Below, one piece after another: positions 27,720-37,041 of a stretch of 64,000 nucleotides of DNA. Source of the DNA: Leptolyngbya sp. Prado105 (GTDB lineage Bacteria > Cyanobacteriota > Cyanobacteriia > Leptolyngbyales > Leptolyngbyaceae); the NCBI GenBank assembly GCA_025454375.1, contig JALOOO010000007.1, positions 908-64,907 of the forward strand. Reading direction: 5' to 3'. Below the pieces are notes generated by a model, which saw only the letters and a list, made by a program, of their open reading frames with translations, was not told the DNA's origin and made no database searches. The stretch's first letter is position 1. The number at the start of each line of letters is the position of its first letter. Position numbers and translations under genes: made by a program.

Positions 27720-27869
27720 AGGACAAGAAGTTACAAAACGAACAAAGGGATCAAGATTGGAAGCGTTGAGATTCATGTTAGTTCTTTGTTGCAGAAAAGC
27801 ATTTTTTTTCTATGATGTGGTAGCGCAAGCGGTTTACATATAGTCTTCAAAAACAGTCGAGGTGTTGGG

Positions 27870-29369
27870 ATGAGCAATTATTGGGCGATCGCCGTTGGAA
27901 TCAATCACTACCAGTTCCTGCAACCTCTTCATTTTGCCCAGACGGATGCCCAATTTCTCTGTGAAAGCTTGGTGAGTAATGCTGGTTTCTTACCTGAACA
28001 ATGTGTATTGATGACGGATACGTCCCCGGATTTTGCGGATCATTCGAGCGATCCCACCGCCGAGAATCTGCGCTATTGGACGACTGTATTGCAAGACAAA
28101 CTCCAGCCAGAAGATGGATTGTGGTATTTCTTCAGTGGGTATGGAGTCTGTGTCGATGGCGAAGACTACTTACTCCCGATCGATGCCGATATTTCTCGAA
28201 TTCAAGACAGGGGTTTTTCAGTGCGATCGCTGTTTCAAACCTTGAAAACGTTGCCGACGCAAAAGATTTTTGTCTTACTGGATATCAATCGATCGGCTTC
28301 AGTCTCTCATGAGAAAGTTGGAACTCAAACTGTCGCAATCGCTCGTAAAGCTGGAATTCCAACGATGTTGTCCTGTCGTCCGGAGCAGTTTTCGCATGAA
28401 GCCCCTGCCTTAAATCATGGACTTTTTACCCAGGCATTGCTAGAAGGATTGCGATCGCATCAATGCTCAACCTTGGCAACGTTAGAAGATTTCTTAAGAG
28501 ATAGATTGCCAGAGCTATGTGATCACCACGATCTCCCGATTCAAGATCCGATCCTAGTCGTATCTGATCCAGAGCAGCTTTACCGAGTGATCATGCCTGT
28601 GAATTGGGCTGAGACTGAATCTTGGGTTCCGGCACCGACAAATCCATTTTCTGTAGAAGGCGACCTATATCTGAATGCGTTAGAGTCTGAACCTGAATCT
28701 CGTTACGAATTTCAGCCGACGGTCATGGGTGCGACTACGACCGAGATTCCCGACAATCTGGTGCTGAATCCAGCCGAATATGACCCGATCGAATATCAAC
28801 CGACTGAATATGAACCCATCCAAGCCGATCTGACGCTGCCTGAAGACGCGGATCAACCTGCGCCAACGCCAACCATTTCGCCGATTCCCGAAGAGCCTGA
28901 CTTGCCGGATCAGATGTTTTGGGAGCGACTGCTGTTTGGGGGAAGTGCAGTGTTGCTTGTGCTGCTGCTAGGTGTGCTGTTCCGAAATTGGTCAGCATTT
29001 ATGGGGGGACAGCAGCAAACCGCGAATCAGAATCCTGCCACTCCAGAAGTTGCGGCATCACCTGCTGCTGCCATCGATTCTGCAAAGATCTTGAACGAAG
29101 CTCGGTCGTTTATCAAACCTACGCTAGCATCAGATGCAAATCGTGCGATTGAACGCGCTCGTGCGATTCCACCCAGTGATCCACTCTATGCTCAAGCGCA
29201 ACAAGACATCGATCGATGGAGCCGCAATATTTTAGAGATTGCACGTAAGCGGGCAGAACAGAAAGAGTTTCAACAAGCAATTTCAGCCGCCCAACTGGTT
29301 CCCAAAGATCGACCTCAAGTTTATGCTGAGGCACAGAAAGCGATCCAGCAGTGGCGCAAAGCTCGTTAG
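27870..29369 (+). CDS. Caspase-like (peptidase C14/p20) protein with substituted catalytic dyad, TM helix and helical C-terminal domain
   Basis: WAIAVGINHY..LQPLHFAQTDA; FSGYG (H->Y); LLDINRS (C->N); HGLFTQALLEGL; TM near LLFGGSAVLLVLLLGVLF. Confidence 0.88.
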   Translation: MSNYWAIAVGINHYQFLQPLHFAQTDAQFLCESLVSNAGFLPEQCVLMTDTSPDFADHSSDPTAENLRYWTTVLQDKLQPEDGLWYFFSGYGVCVDGEDYLLPIDADISRIQDRGFSVRSLFQTLKTLPTQKIFVLLDINRSASVSHEKVGTQTVAIARKAGIPTMLSCRPEQFSHEAPALNHGLFTQALLEGLRSHQCSTLATLEDFLRDRLPELCDHHDLPIQDPILVVSDPEQLYRVIMPVNWAETESWVPAPTNPFSVEGDLYLNALESEPESRYEFQPTVMGATTTEIPDNLVLNPAEYDPIEYQPTEYEPIQADLTLPEDADQPAPTPTISPIPEEPDLPDQMFWERLLFGGSAVLLVLLLGVLFRNWSAFMGGQQQTANQNPATPEVAASPAAAIDSAKILNEARSFIKPTLASDANRAIERARAIPPSDPLYAQAQQDIDRWSRNILEIARKRAEQKEFQQAISAAQLVPKDRPQVYAEAQKAIQQWRKAR

Positions 29370-29411
29370 ACTGAGATAAGCAAATTTGCGAGACAAGATT
29401 GAGGAACCCTA

Positions 29412-29657
29412 ATGATTAGCCCGGATCAAGTTGAGGCAATGATCAAAGCAGGATTGCCGGATGCTCAAGTCACGGCCAATAGTCCTGATGGCGAGCATTT
29501 CGAGGTGACAGTTGTTTCCTCCGTATTTGCTGGAAAGCGTCGTGTTCAACAGCATCAGCTTGTGTATGGTGCGGTTCAACAAGCCCTTTCTACTGAAGCG
29601 ATCCATGCGCTCTCGCTGAATACGTTCACGCCCGAAGAATGGGCAACCAAAAACTAA
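29412..29657 (+). CDS. BolA family protein
   Basis: [24 protein letters not shown]...IHALSL. Confidence 0.95.
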   Translation: MISPDQVEAMIKAGLPDAQVTANSPDGEHFEVTVVSSVFAGKRRVQQHQLVYGAVQQALSTEAIHALSLNTFTPEEWATKN

Positions 29658-29680
29658 CTCTCTTACCCCTTGAAACTACC

Positions 29681-29998
29681 ATGACTACATCAAACCGAAT
29701 CAAATCGATCGTGGACGGCGACAAGATCGTTGTCTTTATGAAAGGCAGTAAACTGATGCCGATGTGCGGCTTTTCCAATAACGTCGTTCAAATTCTGAAT
29801 ACGCTCGGTGTTCCCTACACGACTGTAGATGTGCTGGAAGATCCCGAAGTTCGACAAGGCGTGAAAGAATTCTCAAACTGGCCGACGATTCCCCAAGTGT
29901 ATGTGAATGGGGAATTTCTCGGCGGTTCGGACATCTTGATCGAGATGTACCAGAGTGGCGAGTTGCAGCAACTTGTTGAGGTCGCGCTCGCTTCCTAG
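29681..29998 (+). CDS. grxD: Monothiol glutaredoxin (Grx4 family)
   Basis: FMKG, CGFS active site, [18 protein letters not shown]. Confidence 0.96.
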   Translation: MTTSNRIKSIVDGDKIVVFMKGSKLMPMCGFSNNVVQILNTLGVPYTTVDVLEDPEVRQGVKEFSNWPTIPQVYVNGEFLGGSDILIEMYQSGELQQLVEVALAS

Positions 29999-30043
29999 GG
30001 GACTGGGGGGATCACTCCCCATATTCTGAAAGCTCACCGACCA

Positions 30044-30081
30044 AAATCAAAAAGGGGCGCACAAGCACCCCTTTTTGATTT
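30044..30081 (-). terminator. Intrinsic terminator between convergent grxD and the DUF6761 gene
   Basis: AAATCAAAAAGGGGCGC-ACAA-GCACCCCTTTTTGATTT; the single mismatch is a G.U pair on the minus strand; A/T tracts on both sides. Confidence 0.8.
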
Positions 30082-30322
30082 ATCGATAATCCGGTTCCGG
30101 CATTGCCATGTCAAAATTCGACGGATCATAGATGTAGCGAGTAATTTCCTCTTCTAAACGGTTGATCTGATACGGCTCTAACACACTGGCATGTCGGAGC
30201 GCTGCCAAATACCCATCCAGGTAAAGGCGCAAATCATCGTAACGATAGCCCCGATTCCAGAGTTCGACGAGAGCGTCGGAGAGGCGTTGATAATAGCGAA
30301 TCGTCAAAGAGTCTTGAAGCAT
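30080..30322 (-). CDS. DUF6761 family protein
   Basis: MLQDSLTIRYYQRLSDALVELWNRGYR...YLDGYLAAL; small conserved cyanobacterial family. Confidence 0.8.
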   Translation of the reverse strand: MLQDSLTIRYYQRLSDALVELWNRGYRYDDLRLYLDGYLAALRHASVLEPYQINRLEEEITRYIYDPSNFDMAMPEPDYR

Positions 30323-30479
30323 ATGCGATGACGCGAAAACAACAGATGCCGTTTGGCATTCCACTCACTGAGCTATGTACTTAGCTTAACATTACAGTCA
30401 CTACTCTCTCGGTTTGTATCGAAATTCTATAGAAAGACATATTCGGAAATGCTTCGTTGTGCAAGCTGAGTCCATCTGA

Positions 30480-30522
30480 GTAGCACCCGTTACAAATCAA
30501 AACTAAGAAGCTTTGATACCCT
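30480..30522 (+). promoter_or_regulatory. NtcA-activated promoter of nrrA
   Basis: GTA-GCACCCGT-TAC (30480-30493), 23-nt spacer, TACCCT (TAN3T) at 30517-30522. Confidence 0.85.
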
Positions 30523-30553
30523 TAACTCAAGCATTTTGAGGTCAACAGCCCCC

Positions 30554-31336
30554 GTGGGAGCCATTAATATACAAATCGTTGAAGGGAATCCGCACCTTCG
30601 ATCGCTGCTAGGATGGCATCTTCAGCAGGCGGGCTATCAAGTCCACCAATCGGCTGATTTGCACCAAGCGCGTGAGATGTTTCTGTTGCGGCAGCCGAAT
30701 CTCATTATCCTTGATTCTGAGATGCCAAGTGGAGATGGGTTAGAGTTTTGCCGCTGGGTAGGAACTCAACAGACGGCACTCGTGCTGATGCTGTCGGCTC
30801 GGACGACGGAATCGGATATTGTCGAGGGATTGCGATCGGGGGCGGATGATTATTTGACGAAGCCGTTCGGGATGCAGGAATTCTTGGCGCGGGTGGAGGC
30901 GTTATTGCGACGGCAGCGAGTAGCAGCTCCTCCCGTGAATCTCGATTTTGGGGATTTGAAGATTGATTTAGTGCATCGACGGGTGCGGTTTAAGGGCGAG
31001 TTGATTGAGTTAACGCCGCAGGAGTTTAGTTTGCTGTATGTGTTAGCTCAGGCGGGTGGGACGGCTTTGAGTCGGGCGGATCTGCTGCAACGAGCCTGGC
31101 CGGATGAGATTGATAATCCTCGAACGGTCGATACGCATGTGTTGTCGTTGCGAAAGAAAGTGGAGATTGATCCTCGGCAGCCAAATTTGATCCAGACGGT
31201 GCGGAATGTAGGATATCGATTGAATTTAGAGATTTTGAATGTGACTCCGATTCATCAGAATGGAGGACAACCGCCCCGCAAGCCTACAACAGTTCCTTTG
31301 TCGAGGATGGCAACGGCTCCACGTCCGCGAATTTAA
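30554..31336 (+). CDS. nrrA: OmpR-family response regulator NrrA (Rre37-like)
   Basis: IVEGNPHLRSLLGWHLQQ...LTPQEFSLLYVLAQAGG...DNPRTVDTHVLSLRKK, characteristic of NrrA; GTG 30554 aligns with the homologue N-terminus. Confidence 0.88.
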   Translation: MGAINIQIVEGNPHLRSLLGWHLQQAGYQVHQSADLHQAREMFLLRQPNLIILDSEMPSGDGLEFCRWVGTQQTALVLMLSARTTESDIVEGLRSGADDYLTKPFGMQEFLARVEALLRRQRVAAPPVNLDFGDLKIDLVHRRVRFKGELIELTPQEFSLLYVLAQAGGTALSRADLLQRAWPDEIDNPRTVDTHVLSLRKKVEIDPRQPNLIQTVRNVGYRLNLEILNVTPIHQNGGQPPRKPTTVPLSRMATAPRPRI

Positions 31337-31992
31337 GGAATGATTTCGACGATCGTACCAACTTTTACAACGTTATAGATTTCGTCAACGTCTTTATTTT
31401 TCAAAGCAGGGCAGCCCAATGTCCAATGGGTGCGATTTTCAACGAGTGAATCTTGACCTGTTGGGACACCATGAATTCCGACCTCGCCGCCAATGCCACT
31501 GAAAGGCGGAATTTCTCCTTGCTGCTTGGATTGCTGATGCTTGCATTGAGATTGAGCATTGGGGTAGTCCAACCAGAGAAACTTTGACCAGCTTGGATGG
31601 GGATATTTGTCTTGAATTCGGAAAATTCCTTCCGGGGTTTTGCGATCGCCCTCGCGCCGTTTATCTCCCTGAGGATCACCAAATACGACTGGATAAGATT
31701 TAATCGGTTTTTGATTGTAGTAGAGCGTTAATCGATGTTTTGATTTCTCAATCAGAATCGAGATTTTTGAGGTGTCGAAATTCGATGGAAGCAGTTGTGT
31801 GATCAGTCTTTGCGAATTTTCAGCCCGAGTGGGTGGAACATGCAGCGTCTCATCCGGTGGGCAAGTCATCGGCGTAAGTGAAAGAGGTGGAAGAATTCCT
31901 CGCTTGAGGGCAACCCAGGAGATCAGTCCGAATCCTGCGATCGCTAATGTCAAAGCTCTCAGATGTGACGGCTTGAGATTCTTAAAGGGCAT
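31333..31992 (-). CDS. L,D-transpeptidase (YkuD) family protein
   Basis: ILIEKSKHRLTL, KTPEGIF, GIHG...TLGC catalytic motif; N-terminal anchor. Confidence 0.9.
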   Translation of the reverse strand: MPFKNLKPSHLRALTLAIAGFGLISWVALKRGILPPLSLTPMTCPPDETLHVPPTRAENSQRLITQLLPSNFDTSKISILIEKSKHRLTLYYNQKPIKSYPVVFGDPQGDKRREGDRKTPEGIFRIQDKYPHPSWSKFLWLDYPNAQSQCKHQQSKQQGEIPPFSGIGGEVGIHGVPTGQDSLVENRTHWTLGCPALKNKDVDEIYNVVKVGTIVEIIP

Positions 31993-32147
31993 AGTGGCTT
32001 AGAATCCTCGGATCGATCAGATTTTTACTGAGCTACAGCAGCATGGTTTAGGATTCCCAACTAAAAATGATTGAGTAGACGCAAAAAAAACATGGGCAGA
32101 TTTCTGGTTGGCTCGATACACTTACGATGAAGATTTGAATCCTCCAT

Positions 32148-33179
32148 GTGAATATGCTTCGCTTCGTCTTGCTAGCTGCTCTGAGTTGTGCGACTGTTAC
32201 TGCCTGTGGTACTCCGCCAAAGATTGCGATTGAAAATCGGGCGATCGCGAGTAGTCCATTGGCGATTGAGAATCAGTTCGATACGGCAACTGATTTTGTC
32301 GAAGGAGCAGCACTTGTACAACTCGGTCGAGAATTTCGATACATTGATCATTCGGGTCGGATTACGGTAACTCCGAAGCAGGAATTTGAAGCGTATTCGC
32401 CTTTTTCAGAAGGGTTAGCGGTGATCAAATTAGGCGATCAATATGGCTATTTGAATCGCAATGGAGAAGTTGCGATCGAGCCGAAATTTGAACGAGTGAC
32501 TCGATTTCGAGAAGGATTTGCGGCGATTCAAGCTGGAAGACTGTATGGATTTATCAAACCGACGGGTGAGATTGCGATTAAGCCTCAATATCAGTTGACC
32601 TCGGGCTTCTCGAATGGATTTGCGGCAGTCAAAATTGGAGAGAAATATGGCTATATCAATTCGTCGGGTAAAACTGCGATCGCACCCAAATTTGATGATG
32701 CTTGGCAGTTTTCAAATGGGCTAGCTGCTGCAAAGATTGGAAAAAAATGGGGCTACATCAATCAAAGCGGGCAATTTGTTGCACAACCTCAGTTTGATGG
32801 GGCATTTAATTTCTCAGATTCGATGGGACGAGTTCGGATTGGAAATCGCTGGGGATTTGTGGATTCGAGTGGGAAGATTGCGATCGCGCCTCAATATCAA
32901 TTTGCGTCTGATTTTTCTAATGGATTGGCATTAGTTGAACAGAATGACAAATGGGGCTACATCAACAAATCTGGAAAATTTGCAATTGCACCAAAATATC
33001 AGTTTGCGGGCAGTTTTTCGGATGGGTTTGCGCCTGTAAAAATTGGCGAGAAGTGGGGTTACATTGATCCAACTGGGAAGATTGCGATCGCGCCACAATT
33101 CGACGAAGTTGGAGATTTTAAGGAAGGATTTGCGCGGGTGCGACTGAATGAAAAATGGGGCTATCTTCGCAAGCCTTAA
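32148..33179 (+). CDS. WG/KWG-repeat lipoprotein
   Basis: Repeated F(S/R)(E/N/D)G(L/F)A.V..G.K(W/Y)GYI...G..AI.P.F units of about 36 aa; lipobox-like VTAC. Confidence 0.9.
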   Translation: MNMLRFVLLAALSCATVTACGTPPKIAIENRAIASSPLAIENQFDTATDFVEGAALVQLGREFRYIDHSGRITVTPKQEFEAYSPFSEGLAVIKLGDQYGYLNRNGEVAIEPKFERVTRFREGFAAIQAGRLYGFIKPTGEIAIKPQYQLTSGFSNGFAAVKIGEKYGYINSSGKTAIAPKFDDAWQFSNGLAAAKIGKKWGYINQSGQFVAQPQFDGAFNFSDSMGRVRIGNRWGFVDSSGKIAIAPQYQFASDFSNGLALVEQNDKWGYINKSGKFAIAPKYQFAGSFSDGFAPVKIGEKWGYIDPTGKIAIAPQFDEVGDFKEGFARVRLNEKWGYLRKP

Positions 33180-33266
33180 GAGAGAGAAAGGATCTATCAC
33201 GAGGTCATAGGTCGAAAGCGATCCTGCCATTACAGTAAGCGTGAAGGCAAACTGTGGGGCAATTCT

Positions 33267-34529
33267 GTGGATATATACATTCTCGATTTATTAGTGATTG
33301 GGCTTTTATTGTTGACGATTACTTTAGGATCGGGTTGGATTGCTCGATTGCCGCTTTCTTATGCCTTGATTTATTTAGTGGTTGGGATTCTGCTGAGTCC
33401 TTATGGATTCAATTTAATTCAAGTTCGCCCCGACGCAGAATTTTTAGAGCGAGTTGCAGAGCTTGTTGTGCTGATTTCGCTCTTTAGCTGCGGGCTGAAA
33501 ATGAATCGACCGATGCGATTTTTTGCATGGCGATCGACGACTCGATTAATTGGGCTATTGATGCCAATTACCATTTTTGCAGTGGCAGCGATCGGGCATT
33601 TTATTCTGAAATTAGATTGGGGATTATCGATTCTTTTAGGGGCGATTTTAGCGCCAACTGATCCAGTTCTTGCGTCAGAAGTGCAGCTTTATGATCCGAG
33701 CGATCGAGATGAATTGAGATTTGGACTTACTTCTGAAGGCGGGTTGAATGATGCTTTAGCGTTTCCGTTTGTTTACTTTGGGATTCACTGGCTGGAGAAA
33801 GGTGACTGGCACACTTGGTTTCGGGATTGGGTTTTAATCGATGTGATTTGGGCGATCGCGGCTGGATTGGTTGTCGGATTTGCGATCGCGAAAGGGATTA
33901 AGCAAATTGATAAACGCTTAGAATCGTTTCGGACTCCGGATGATTTGATGGAGGATTTTGTTGCACTGAGCGCCATTTTTATTACTTATGCAGTCACTGA
34001 GTTGGTGAATGGATATGGATTTCTAGCAGTCTTTGTTGCTGGAGTTGCGATGCGGAGAAGACGCAATGCAGAATACACCAGAAATCAACTGCACTTTATT
34101 GAACGCTTAGAAAAGCTCGCAGAAATTGGCACGATTTTGCTCCTGGGATCAATGTTGCGATTTCAGCCGATGCTCGCTTTTGCAGGCGATGCGTTTGTGA
34201 TTGCATTTAGCTTGATTTTTGTGATTCGACCGCTGGGAGCTTGGATTAGTACGATCGGGTTAAAGGTTCATCCTGCAACGCGCTGGCTCTATGGCTGGTT
34301 TGGTATTCGAGGAGTGGGATCGATTTACTATCTTGCCTATGCGTTTGGGAATGGATTGCAAGGACAAGATGGAGAGCAAATTGCTTGGATTACCTTTTGG
34401 ACGATCGTGATTTCAGTTTTTCTGCATGGTGTAACTTCAACGCCATTGATGCAATGGTATGAACGCAATGTCGAACACAATAGAACGATCGAAGACCATG
34501 CGGCTCAACATGAAGAGCAAGGCGCGTGA
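33267..34529 (+). CDS. Cation:proton antiporter (CPA1/NhaP-like)
   Basis: LAPTDPVLA, TSEGGLND, WFGIRGVGS motifs; many TM helices. Confidence 0.9.
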   Translation: MDIYILDLLVIGLLLLTITLGSGWIARLPLSYALIYLVVGILLSPYGFNLIQVRPDAEFLERVAELVVLISLFSCGLKMNRPMRFFAWRSTTRLIGLLMPITIFAVAAIGHFILKLDWGLSILLGAILAPTDPVLASEVQLYDPSDRDELRFGLTSEGGLNDALAFPFVYFGIHWLEKGDWHTWFRDWVLIDVIWAIAAGLVVGFAIAKGIKQIDKRLESFRTPDDLMEDFVALSAIFITYAVTELVNGYGFLAVFVAGVAMRRRRNAEYTRNQLHFIERLEKLAEIGTILLLGSMLRFQPMLAFAGDAFVIAFSLIFVIRPLGAWISTIGLKVHPATRWLYGWFGIRGVGSIYYLAYAFGNGLQGQDGEQIAWITFWTIVISVFLHGVTSTPLMQWYERNVEHNRTIEDHAAQHEEQGA

Positions 34530-34689
34530 TGCGTGATCTTGAACGCCTAAACGCTCGTACAACAAGCGCTTTTGACCGAGATCAGGATTGAGGGTTGTAG
34601 ATGAAATCTCGATCGCTCAACTCTTCAAGTGGCTTCAGGAATAGACGCACTTGCGCTAAGATACGTGAGCCAATTTCAATAAAGCTATC

Positions 34690-35325
34690 ATGCAAGCCCG
34701 TCGCATTGCCCGTGAACTCGCGCTATTAAGCTTGAGTCAGATCTCCTCTGATCCGAAGAAAATCAATAGTCAGAAAATTCAAGAACTTGTGGTCGAGTCG
34801 GTTCGGACGCTTGCAGAAGAGGCGCGAGATAATTTAGAGACAGCGGCAGCAGAGCTACAACGCGGAGATAGCCAATTGCTCAAAAGCCAAACTCGTGCTG
34901 GAAACGTTGACAGTGCAAGGGTAATGGTGCAAGAAGCGATTACCCTCGCCCAAACCGCAATTAATCGCCTTGGAGGCGCGATCGAACTTCCCGAATTTAT
35001 TCAACTGGCAAATCAAACTGAAGTGCGGGCATACACCATGGAGATTATCACGCGCTTTCAGGTCGAACGAGAAACGGTGGATAAATTGCTGAATGAGATT
35101 TTGATCGATTGGAATCTGGATCGACTGGCAACGCTCGATCGAGATTTATTACGAATCGCGACCACTGAAATGATGTTTTTGGGTGTGCCCAATAAAGTGG
35201 CGATTAATGAAGCCGTAGAACTCGCGAAACGCTACAGCAATGAAGACGGGCACAAATTCATTAATGGGATTCTCAGGAAAGTGACCGAAGCGATTCATGG
35301 CATCGACACAAACGCGAGTGGCTGA
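34690..35325 (+). CDS. nusB: Transcription antitermination factor NusB
   Basis: RRIARELALL, DRDLLRIA, AINEAVELAKRYS, FINGILRK. Confidence 0.96.
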   Translation: MQARRIARELALLSLSQISSDPKKINSQKIQELVVESVRTLAEEARDNLETAAAELQRGDSQLLKSQTRAGNVDSARVMVQEAITLAQTAINRLGGAIELPEFIQLANQTEVRAYTMEIITRFQVERETVDKLLNEILIDWNLDRLATLDRDLLRIATTEMMFLGVPNKVAINEAVELAKRYSNEDGHKFINGILRKVTEAIHGIDTNASG

Positions 35326-35365
35326 TTTCCGCTAAATTTGATAAGAGCAATCTGGGAATTTCGAC

Positions 35366-36964
35366 ATGGCTTTTAATTGGTTCAATCGATTCAACAAACA
35401 AGAAGAAGGGAGTCAGCCCGAACCTGCTCCTATTGAACCAGCGGTAGATGAGTCTCCGACTGAGAACCCTTCAACCGTCTCAGAAGAGGATGCACGCATC
35501 GCCAATGCAAGAGCGATCGTCGAAAATTTCCGCCGCAAACAGCAAGAAAAAGCCCAAACTGAAACGACTGCTGCGGTCGAAGAAATCTCTCAACCTGTTG
35601 AAGTTCCAGACTCTATTGAGGAAGCTGAAACAGAATTAATCGAACAACTCGACGCAGACCCAATTGCAGCGGCTGAAGCTGAAGTGATCGAGCAATTTGA
35701 CGCAGACCCAGTTACAGAAGAAGTTCTGCCTGAATCTGATCCTGTTGCAGAAGCACCTGAAATTGCAGAAGTGCCTGAAGTTGCAGAAGTGCCTGAAGAA
35801 ACGCCTCAACCCGCAGCCGTTCCGTTCTGGGCGCAAGCAGCCGAAGCCGATCGACAAGCGCGATTAGAACGACTCAGAGCCAATGCGATCGAGGACGTTG
35901 TCCCAGAACCGGAACCTGTCGCAGCGCAAACGGCTCCAGAAATTCCGCCTGAATTTCTAATCGATGAAGGCTTCCTCTGGTCGGCAGAAGTTCTCTCAGC
36001 CATGGGACGACGCGCAGAAGATGTCTCGATCGAAGAAATCACCTGGCTAAAACGCTTGCGGCAAGGATTGGATAAAACTCGGCGCAGTCTGGTCAATCAG
36101 CTTAAAGCGATCGTGGGTCAAGGTCCATTAAATGAAGATGCTGTCTTTGAAATCGAATCGCTGCTGCTCCAAGCCGATGCGGGTGTTGAAGCAACCGATA
36201 AGATCATCTCGGCATTGCAATCGAAATTGAGAGAAGAAGCATTACCTCCCGATCAAGCGATCGCGTATCTCAAGCAGATTCTCAGAGAGTTACTCGATCA
36301 ACCTTTGCAAGGATCGCACTCTGCATTTTTTGCGCCCGAAAAAGAAACCTTCAACATTTGGCTGATGACCGGGGTAAATGGAGCAGGCAAAACCACCACG
36401 ATCGGCAAACTCGCCCATATTGCAACCAAGTCGGGCTATAAGTGCTTAATCGGTGCGGCAGATACGTTCCGGGCGGCAGCAGTTGAACAAGTCAAAGTTT
36501 GGGGACAAAGAAGCAATGTCGAAGTGATCTCGAACCCTGGACAAAATACTGATCCGGCAGCCGTTGTGTTCGATGCGATTAGTGCAGCCCAGGCGCGTGG
36601 GACAGAATTGCTGTTAATCGATACCGCCGGACGACTTCAGAACAAGAAAAATCTCATGGACGAATTGAGCAAAGTTCGTCGAATTATTGATAAGAAGGCG
36701 GGAGATGCCAAAGTCGAATCTTTACTCGTTCTAGATGCGACGCTTGGGCAAAATGGGCTGAGACAAGCGGAAGTATTTGCTCAGGCGGCGCAATTGAGTG
36801 GCGTTGTCTTAACAAAACTAGATGGAACGGCAAAAGGTGGCATTGCTTTGGCTGTGGTCGAACAACTCGGATTGCCGATTCGGTTTATTGGGGCAGGAGA
36901 AGGGATTGAGGACTTACGACCCTTTTCGAGCTATGAATTTGTTGAGGCTTTGATCAGCGGCTAA
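35366..36964 (+). CDS. ftsY: SRP receptor FtsY with long acidic N-terminus
   Basis: GVNGAGKTTT, DTFRAAA, DTAGR, TKLDGTAKGG, GAGEGIEDLRPF. Confidence 0.97.
   Translation: MAFNWFNRFNKQEEGSQPEPAPIEPAVDESPTENPSTVSEEDARIANARAIVENFRRKQQEKAQTETTAAVEEISQPVEVPDSIEEAETELIEQLDADPIAAAEAEVIEQFDADPVTEEVLPESDPVAEAPEIAEVPEVAEVPEETPQPAAVPFWAQAAEADRQARLERLRANAIEDVVPEPEPVAAQTAPEIPPEFLIDEGFLWSAEVLSAMGRRAEDVSIEEITWLKRLRQGLDKTRRSLVNQLKAIVGQGPLNEDAVFEIESLLLQADAGVEATDKIISALQSKLREEALPPDQAIAYLKQILRELLDQPLQGSHSAFFAPEKETFNIWLMTGVNGAGKTTTIGKLAHIATKSGYKCLIGAADTFRAAAVEQVKVWGQRSNVEVISNPGQNTDPAAVVFDAISAAQARGTELLLIDTAGRLQNKKNLMDELSKVRRIIDKKAGDAKVESLLVLDATLGQNGLRQAEVFAQAAQLSGVVLTKLDGTAKGGIALAVVEQLGLPIRFIGAGEGIEDLRPFSSYEFVEALISG
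35744..35797 (+). repeat. In-frame 18-bp tandem repeat x3 in ftsY (V/I-A-E-A/V-P-E)
   Basis: gttgcagaagcacctgaa / attgcagaagtgcctgaa / gttgcagaagtgcctgaa. Confidence 0.85.
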
Positions 36965-37041
36965 ATTAGCGTGATTTGGCTGGGATGAAGCTTGAACTGT
37001 CAATACTGAGTAGGGCACTCCATTCATCTCTAATCAGTATC

